DNA of 64,000 bases from Candidatus Omnitrophota bacterium (GTDB taxonomy: Bacteria > Omnitrophota > Gorgyraeia > B26-G9). The translations under genes and the position numbers were made by a program. This document shows, piece after piece, positions 57,766 to 64,000 of this stretch. The DNA is taken from the NCBI GenBank assembly GCA_043814605.1, contig JBDRJV010000018.1, positions 21,545 through 85,544 on the forward strand, given 5' to 3'. The notes beneath the pieces are model-generated. The model saw only the letters and a program-made list of their open reading frames with translations. It did no database searches and was not told where the DNA came from. The number at the start of each line of letters is the position of its first letter. Position 1 is the first letter of the stretch.

Positions 57766-59211
57766 ATGATTAAAAATAAAGTATCTTCATTATTATTAAT
57801 TATATCAATGCTGCTTAACAATACAGGATTAGTTTTTGGTAAGAATTTTGATAATTTGGGTAGGGAATACTTAAGTCCTGGGATTAGTTTGGATAATTTA
57901 ACAATAAATAATATTTTCAATGATTTGATATTAAAACATATTAAGCCAGTAAAAGAAATATTTGCAATCACTGATTTTGCTGAGCATGATCAAGCTAAGG
58001 TAAGTTTATTAAGAAGATTATTTTTAAAAAACGCTATCAGCACCGAAGAATTTATTAATATAATATTAACTTACTTAGATAGATCAACTTTACCGCGAAT
58101 ACAAAATAATATTGCAAACCCACCAATTCCTTATAAGTACGGACGATGGGTTGCCGACACATTTAAAGAAGGCCCTGCAAGTAAATTTGCTGATCTGATT
58201 GAACGCAGGAATGAAGGTGACCTGAGATTTCTGAACAATGCTTTAGATCAGGATGAAAATACAAGAAGCAAATTTACTAAAGCGATTAAAACTTTTCTTT
58301 CTCTGCCGCAGGTTAAAAAGATGGCTAATTTAGAAATAATGGAAGTAAGTCTGGCAATTACACGCATTGCAACAAACGGGGTGGATCCGGCGCAAAAAAT
58401 TAAAAATAGCGCTTCTGCCTGGGCATTGTCCTTAAAAGATTATATTCGAGCGTTAATTGATAATGCCGATGATTCCCTGGAAGCAGCTTTAAGACTTTCT
58501 GCTATTGGTAATTTTCTGGATTTTTCTGATCCTAAAACAAGTAAAAAACTATCTGATGATGGTTTTTCGCTTGAAAAATTAATTAGTGTAGAATTTGAAA
58601 AAGAAAATTTTTGGGCGAAAAAGAATAGAGAAAATATAGATATTTTGAAAAGTAAAATATCGGCAAAAAAACAGCAAAAAGTATTTATTGCCGTAGATAA
58701 TGCCGGAGAAACAGAAATAGATATCTTTTCGATAGTATATGAACTTCTAGAACAAGGGCATCAGGTGATCCTTGCAGGTAAAACATTGCCAGCGACAAAC
58801 AATTCAACTAAAGTTGATATATTAAATCTTATGCAAAATCAAGCAATTCGGGAATTATTAGGCGAAAAAATAAAAAATATAACTGTAATTGATTCTGGTA
58901 CTCTGGGGATAGGATTTGATCTGGCACGCATGACTGATGAATGTAAAATGGTATTTCTTGCGGCAGATCTAGTTATTTTTAAAGGACAAGCTAATTATGC
59001 TTGCGTGAGAGATTTTAATTTAGCCAAAGATTATTTTCTGATTTTAAGAACAAAGTGGCCCGAAGAATTAAGCAATCGTTACCAAGAAGGGGAGTATGTA
59101 ATTGAATTCGTAGAACATAAAGAAAATGTAAAGCATGCAACTGTTAAGAAAGATGTTATTGTTAAAAAGAAAAATTTATCATTTCAACAACAAATAGATA
59201 GTTCTATTTAA
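57766..59211 (+). CDS. Signal-peptide protein with an ARMT1/DUF89 damage-control phosphatase-like domain
   Basis: AIGNFLDF, VDNAGE, ADLVIFKGQANY; LSP and C-terminal SSI motifs. Confidence 0.75.
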   Translation: MIKNKVSSLLLIISMLLNNTGLVFGKNFDNLGREYLSPGISLDNLTINNIFNDLILKHIKPVKEIFAITDFAEHDQAKVSLLRRLFLKNAISTEEFINIILTYLDRSTLPRIQNNIANPPIPYKYGRWVADTFKEGPASKFADLIERRNEGDLRFLNNALDQDENTRSKFTKAIKTFLSLPQVKKMANLEIMEVSLAITRIATNGVDPAQKIKNSASAWALSLKDYIRALIDNADDSLEAALRLSAIGNFLDFSDPKTSKKLSDDGFSLEKLISVEFEKENFWAKKNRENIDILKSKISAKKQQKVFIAVDNAGETEIDIFSIVYELLEQGHQVILAGKTLPATNNSTKVDILNLMQNQAIRELLGEKIKNITVIDSGTLGIGFDLARMTDECKMVFLAADLVIFKGQANYACVRDFNLAKDYFLILRTKWPEELSNRYQEGEYVIEFVEHKENVKHATVKKDVIVKKKNLSFQQQIDSSI

Positions 59212-59303
59212 CCCAGTCTAGTTATTTCCCCCTTTTTATGTTAATTGACTGCTTTTAGTAACTTCTTTATAATAAATATATATTCATGATTTTTTAAAGC
59301 GAT

Positions 59304-59379
59304 GGAGATTGATTAATTTTAAGTTGCAAGTTTCAGGTGAAAAGCTTTAAGCTTGAAGCTTGGTGCTTGTGGCTTACTT
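59304..59379 (+). repeat. 76-bp direct repeat, copy 2
   Basis: See 55577-55652. Confidence 0.9.
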
Positions 59380-59524
59380 GAAACTAGGGGCGGAGAAATG
59401 TAATGGTTAGCGGATAGAGAAAAATAAGTTTTAAGAAAAAGATTTTTTCTCGCGATTCTTTGCTAGTTACTTGTTAAGAATATTAATGTAATTTTATTAA
59501 TTACTAGATAAAAAATTAATAGTT

Positions 59525-60379
59525 ATGATAGGATTGAAAAATTTTATTCGAAAATTACCATATCCGATTAAAAAAATATTTCGAGATACTTATTTAAAGG
59601 CACTTGATTATAAAGACCAGCTTATTAAAAAAAATATTGATTTAACTCCTCCCAGATTACTGCATCGTATAGGTCATGGTAATTATAAGATTATTGGGAA
59701 AAGATATTGCTCGCATTTTATTAATAAATGCGCTTTAAAGCAAAAAGATACTGTCTTGGATATCGGATGTGGGACAGGAAGAATGGCTGTTCCTTTATTG
59801 AATTATCTTGATGGCGCAGCGCAATATATTGGTTTTGATATTTCTAAAAAAGCCATTGCTTGGTGTCAAAAAAATATTACCAGTCGAAATCCAAATTTTA
59901 GGTTTTACTGCTCAGATATATATAACAAGGAGTATAATCCTCGCGGGAAAGTTGCGGCGGATCAATACAAATTTCTGTGTAAAGATGATAGCGTGGACTT
60001 AGCAATTGCAGTATCAGTTTTTACGCATATGAAGCCGTTGGAAGTGCTAAATTACATGAAGGAAATCAGGAGAGTATTAAAACCAGAGGGGAAAGCTTTG
60101 CTTACTTTTTTTATTATTGATGATAATATAGATCAGCATAAAGGCGCTCCTGATGGGCACTATGATTTTAAATATAGATTTAATGACTATTTTTCAATAG
60201 ATAATAAAATTCCGGAAATAGCTATTGGTTATAGGGAAAATGTGGTACAAAATTTGATAAGCGAAGCAAACTTAAATATTGACGAGCCGATTTATTATGG
60301 ATGTTGGTCAGGAAGAAAAAGTATGCTGGATTTTCAAGATATTATAATTGTTAAGAAAATAAATCAAGTCTCAACTTAG
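59525..60379 (+). CDS. Class I SAM-dependent methyltransferase
   Basis: VLDIGCGTGR, SVFTHM, EIRRVLKPEG, QDII. Confidence 0.9.
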   Translation: MIGLKNFIRKLPYPIKKIFRDTYLKALDYKDQLIKKNIDLTPPRLLHRIGHGNYKIIGKRYCSHFINKCALKQKDTVLDIGCGTGRMAVPLLNYLDGAAQYIGFDISKKAIAWCQKNITSRNPNFRFYCSDIYNKEYNPRGKVAADQYKFLCKDDSVDLAIAVSVFTHMKPLEVLNYMKEIRRVLKPEGKALLTFFIIDDNIDQHKGAPDGHYDFKYRFNDYFSIDNKIPEIAIGYRENVVQNLISEANLNIDEPIYYGCWSGRKSMLDFQDIIIVKKINQVST

Positions 60380-60411
60380 GCAGCAGAGATTGTTTCTTGA
60401 CTCAAATAATA

Positions 60412-60442
60412 CCCAATTCTGACCCCCGCGGTCAGAATTGGG
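60412..60442. terminator. Perfect 13-bp stem hairpin (terminator or REP-like)
   Basis: CCCAATTCTGACC-CCCGC-GGTCAGAATTGGG, 33 nt after the methyltransferase stop. Confidence 0.5.
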
Positions 60443-60572
60443 GTGCATTATACATATCAGGTTAAATATTCCGCAATAATCAGGTTTTTCCTTCATTGAC
60501 CCCTGTATCCTATTTTGCTATAATACTAAAAGATACAATAAGTTAAATAATTATATAGGGGCAGGCTACGGA

Positions 60573-62312
60573 ATGACACAGGATACTCGGTTTCAATTTA
60601 TCAGTAAATTGTTAGAAGAAAAAGGGGTTTTAACCAAAGATAAAATTGATGATTTTTGGCAGAAATTTAAAAGCAATATTCCCAAAACCCAAGAAGCGTT
60701 AGAAGAGTTTCTCATCGAAAAAAAACTGGTTACAGAGAAAAATTTACTTGATGCGTACAGCCAATACTTAGGCATGCTGCATCAGGATTTGGAATCTGTA
60801 CAAATCCCTCCGGAAGTTTTAGCTTTAATCCCGGCAAAGTTTGCAAACCGTAATAAAGTTATTGCGATTGAAAAAAAAGATTCAAGTTTGGTTGTGGCAA
60901 TCAGAAATCCCTTTGATATTAACGTACTGGATGAGCTGAAAATTCTAACTAAGCTAAAAATTATTCCAATATTAAGTAGAGCCGGCAGTATTGAAAAAGC
61001 AATTCAAACCCATTACGGCCTGGGCGCAGAAACAGTAGAAACATTAGTTGCCGATGCCCAGCAAATCTCTGCACCGGAATCATCTCCAGATGAATTAGTG
61101 ATAAAACAGAGTTCTGATGATTTGGAAAAGATGTCAGAGGATGCTTCTATAATTAATTATGTTAATCAAATTATTCATGATGCCTATAAAAGAAGGGCAA
61201 CGGATATTCATATTGAGCCTTTTGAAACAACTTTAAGAATTCGCTACCGGATTGACGGAGTTTTACAGGAAGTGAAAACATCTCCGGATATAAAAAAACT
61301 GCAATTGTTTATTATTTCGCGTTTAAAAATTATGGCAAATTTGAATATCGCGCAAAGACGCGTGCCCCAGGATGGAAGAGCTAAATTAAAATTGCCGGAA
61401 GAAGAAATCGACCTGCGTTTATCAACATTCCCAACGCTTTTTGGTGAGGGTGTAAGCGTGAGAATTTTAAGCAAGAAAATGATTGTTTTTGGCCTGGATC
61501 AACTGGGGTTTCCGGATAATAAAGTTGAAGAATTAAAAAATATTTTAAAAAAACCCAACGGTATTGTTTTAGTTACCGGGCCCACGGGCTGCGGGAAAAC
61601 TACTACGCTTTATGCCTGTCTTAATTATATTAATGATTCCCAAGTGAATATTATCACTTTAGAAGACCCAGTAGAATACCAATTAATGGGAATTAACCAG
61701 ATTCAGATTAATACTGCAATTGATTTAACTTTTGCTAATGGCTTGCGTTCAATACTGCGGCAGGATCCGGATATTATTATGGTCGGTGAAATCCGCGATT
61801 TAGAAACCGCGCAAATATCAATTCGCGCCGCACTCACCGGGCATTTAATTTTCAGTACGTTGCATACAAATAATGCTATCGCAACAATAACCCGGTTAAT
61901 GGATATTGGTATAGAATCGTATTTGGTTGCAGGGACAGTTAAAGCGGTTGTTGCGCAAAGATTAGTCAGAACAATTTGTTTAAAATGTAAAACCAAATAT
62001 CATCCAGATAAAGGAATACTGAAACTTTTGGAAATTAATACAGGCAAAATTAAAGATAATACCGTGTTATATAAAGGCAAAGGATGTAAAGAATGTGCTC
62101 ATACCGGATATCAGGGCAGAACAGGTATTTATGAAATTCTGGTGGTTAATGAAAATATCAGCGAGTGTATTATCAGTGAGGCATCCAAAGAAAAATTAAA
62201 GAATGAAGCTTTAAAAAATTCCATGGTTACTTTAAGAATGGACGGCTTTGAAAAAGTGAAGCAGGGAATTACTACGGTTGATGAAGTTTTGAGAGTAACT
62301 GAGGAAAGTTAA
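60573..62312 (+). CDS. gspE: GspE/PilB secretion ATPase
   Basis: TDIHIEP, GPTGCGKTTT, LEDPVEY, LRQDPD, Zn-binding CxxC...CxxC. Confidence 0.93.
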   Translation: MTQDTRFQFISKLLEEKGVLTKDKIDDFWQKFKSNIPKTQEALEEFLIEKKLVTEKNLLDAYSQYLGMLHQDLESVQIPPEVLALIPAKFANRNKVIAIEKKDSSLVVAIRNPFDINVLDELKILTKLKIIPILSRAGSIEKAIQTHYGLGAETVETLVADAQQISAPESSPDELVIKQSSDDLEKMSEDASIINYVNQIIHDAYKRRATDIHIEPFETTLRIRYRIDGVLQEVKTSPDIKKLQLFIISRLKIMANLNIAQRRVPQDGRAKLKLPEEEIDLRLSTFPTLFGEGVSVRILSKKMIVFGLDQLGFPDNKVEELKNILKKPNGIVLVTGPTGCGKTTTLYACLNYINDSQVNIITLEDPVEYQLMGINQIQINTAIDLTFANGLRSILRQDPDIIMVGEIRDLETAQISIRAALTGHLIFSTLHTNNAIATITRLMDIGIESYLVAGTVKAVVAQRLVRTICLKCKTKYHPDKGILKLLEINTGKIKDNTVLYKGKGCKECAHTGYQGRTGIYEILVVNENISECIISEASKEKLKNEALKNSMVTLRMDGFEKVKQGITTVDEVLRVTEES

Positions 62313-62328
62313 AAAAGTTAATAAAAAA

Positions 62329-63534
62329 ATGTTAAATTTTAAATATAAAGCTCGCGATAAAAACGGTAATCAGATTGAAGGGATAGAATACGCAGCGAAT
62401 AAAAATACAGTCGCCGAAAGACTGCGTGCAAAAAATCTCTTCCCGATCAGTATCGAACAAGCCAAGCCCGAAGAAAAGAAAATTACGTTAAAACAAATCA
62501 AATTAAATGACAGCGAGCTGATTTTTTTCACCCGCCAAATATCAGACCTTTTAGATTCAGGAATTTCTTTAGTACGTGCGATTGAGCTTTTAATCAATCA
62601 AACCAGTAACCTGAAAATAAAGCAAATAACAAAACGCATTCATGATTATCTTACTGAAGGCGGATATTTATGGGAAGTATTGTCAGAGTATCCGGCTAGT
62701 TTTAACCAGGCTTATATCGGTATGGTCAAAGCCGGGGAAACCGGAGGAAAACTGGAGAATGTTTTTAGCAATCTTGCGGATTTTATTGAACGCAAAAAAG
62801 AAATTAAGGATTCGTTGATATCAATGCTGATGTATCCAGCGATTGTTTTAGTTGTAGGCTTGGGTACAGTATTTTTTCTTATGGCTTTTGTGATTCCGCG
62901 TATGATTTTTGTGTTTACAGATAATCAGGAAACTTTACCTTTAATCACAAAAATTTTAATTGCCGTGAGTGTGTTTTCTGCTAAGTTCTGGTGGGTACTT
63001 TTTATTTTGCTAGGAGGCGGAGGGATTTTCCTATACAAGTTGTATACGGATGAAAAAAACCGGATATTGATTGACCGCATTTTGTATGAGTTGCCATTGG
63101 TTGGTAATCTCCTGGGTAAAATGATTTTTTCCCGGTTTAGTTATGTCCTGAGCTTGTTATTGTCTAACGGGTTATCGATCATGGAATGTTTAGATATATC
63201 CCGGGCCGTTGTTACTAACCGGATGATCAACGAAAAATTAAAACGCATTAGAAATAATGTAGCACAGGGAGGATCGCTTTCTAAAAGTTTGCAGCAGGAG
63301 AAAATCTTCCCGCAAGGTATGATTGATATGATTTCTGTGGGGGAACAAACAGCGCAGCTAGAAAAAATATTATTGAAGATATCTTCCAGCTTCGAACAGC
63401 AAATAAAACAAGATATTAAACGCATATTAATAATTTTAGAGCCAGGCATAATTTTATTTATTGCTCTTATTGTCGGCTTGCTGGTTGCGGCAATCCTTTT
63501 GCCAATTTTTCAGCTTAATTTTCAAATGATGTAA
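62329..63534 (+). CDS. gspF: GspF/PilC inner membrane platform protein
   Basis: FKYKARD, GETGGKL, MYP, GEQTAQL, LEP. Confidence 0.93.
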   Translation: MLNFKYKARDKNGNQIEGIEYAANKNTVAERLRAKNLFPISIEQAKPEEKKITLKQIKLNDSELIFFTRQISDLLDSGISLVRAIELLINQTSNLKIKQITKRIHDYLTEGGYLWEVLSEYPASFNQAYIGMVKAGETGGKLENVFSNLADFIERKKEIKDSLISMLMYPAIVLVVGLGTVFFLMAFVIPRMIFVFTDNQETLPLITKILIAVSVFSAKFWWVLFILLGGGGIFLYKLYTDEKNRILIDRILYELPLVGNLLGKMIFSRFSYVLSLLLSNGLSIMECLDISRAVVTNRMINEKLKRIRNNVAQGGSLSKSLQQEKIFPQGMIDMISVGEQTAQLEKILLKISSSFEQQIKQDIKRILIILEPGIILFIALIVGLLVAAILLPIFQLNFQMM

Positions 63535-63568
63535 AATTTAAATTCGGGGAAGTTTTAGTGATTAAGTT

Positions 63569-63940
63569 ATGATGAATATTAAAAAAAAATCAGGCTTTAC
63601 ACTACTTGAAGTCATTTTGTCTTTAGCCATGGTTAGTATTGCTTTGGTTGTAATTATCCAGTCTTTTTCCCTTGCCTTGCGCAGTCAAATAAAAATGCAT
63701 AATAATATTAAAGCTTGTTTTTTGGCGGATAAATTGATTACGCAAATACAGATAAAAGGATTGAGTGACGTAAAGCGGGAAGGAAATTTTGATGCGCCAA
63801 ATGAGAAATTCTCTTGGCGTATTTTAAATAAAAGGTCTGGGGATGATTTAGCGGAAATCGAGGTATTTATTTACGGGGATAAACTAAATGAGCAGAAAAA
63901 AATCAGTATTACGACCCAGGTGAAAAAAGAAATTTTATGA
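63569..63940 (+). CDS. Type IV (pseudo)pilin, GspI-like
   Basis: KKSG-FTLLEV prepilin N-methylation motif. Confidence 0.85.
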   Translation: MMNIKKKSGFTLLEVILSLAMVSIALVVIIQSFSLALRSQIKMHNNIKACFLADKLITQIQIKGLSDVKREGNFDAPNEKFSWRILNKRSGDDLAEIEVFIYGDKLNEQKKISITTQVKKEIL

Positions 63941-64000
63941 GAAATTTTATAGGGAAAAAATCGGGGTTTAGTTTAGTTGAGTTAATTGTATCTGTGGCCA
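63937..64000 (+). CDS. Second (pseudo)pilin, partial
   Basis: MRNFIGKKSG-FSLVELIVSVA; ATGA overlap with the previous stop. Confidence 0.8.
   Translation, partial: MRNFIGKKSGFSLVELIVSVA

Noticed and set aside
700-63449. Numerous short antisense or alternate-frame ORFs in the track (e.g. 700-1224, 13604-14017, 40345-40746, 49231-49575)
   Set aside because: They are shadows of well-supported genes on the other strand or frame, with no motifs

Overview
AT-rich bacterial window. The giant secreted protein and gene content suggest a PVC/Omnitrophota-like diderm (inference only). Layout: (1) 0-14.2 kb surface-glycan cluster with five GT4, one CgeB-like GT, two GT9, several SAM methyltransferases and a DegT aminotransferase. 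(2) ABC-2 exporter on the minus strand. (3) Peptide-maturation operon: SurA-like chaperone, S24/S26 peptidase fused to a nucleotidyltransferase, HprK-like kinase, PqqD/RRE and radical SAM/SPASM, followed by a HAMP histidine kinase and a sigma54 activator. (4) Perfect sigma54 promoter with an upstream palindromic enhancer, driving a 6057-aa secreted Ig-repeat/beta-propeller protein and a PQQ-repeat protein. (5) An unannotated 50-aa RiPP-like precursor (YxxP leader, 3 Cys, C-terminal Ser) at 45507-45659. (6) A split T2SS/T4P-like system whose halves enclose three signal-peptide-bearing enzyme homologues (kinase-like, PGK-like, ARMT1-like) that share N- and C-terminal motifs. Intergenic DNA carries heptamer inverted repeats, long hairpins and REP-like palindromes. 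Main candidates for a new system: a radical-SAM RiPP with lasso-type kinase/nucleotidyltransferase tailoring linked to a glycan locus, a giant adhesin and a T2SS; and a motif-defined family of putative secreted effectors.
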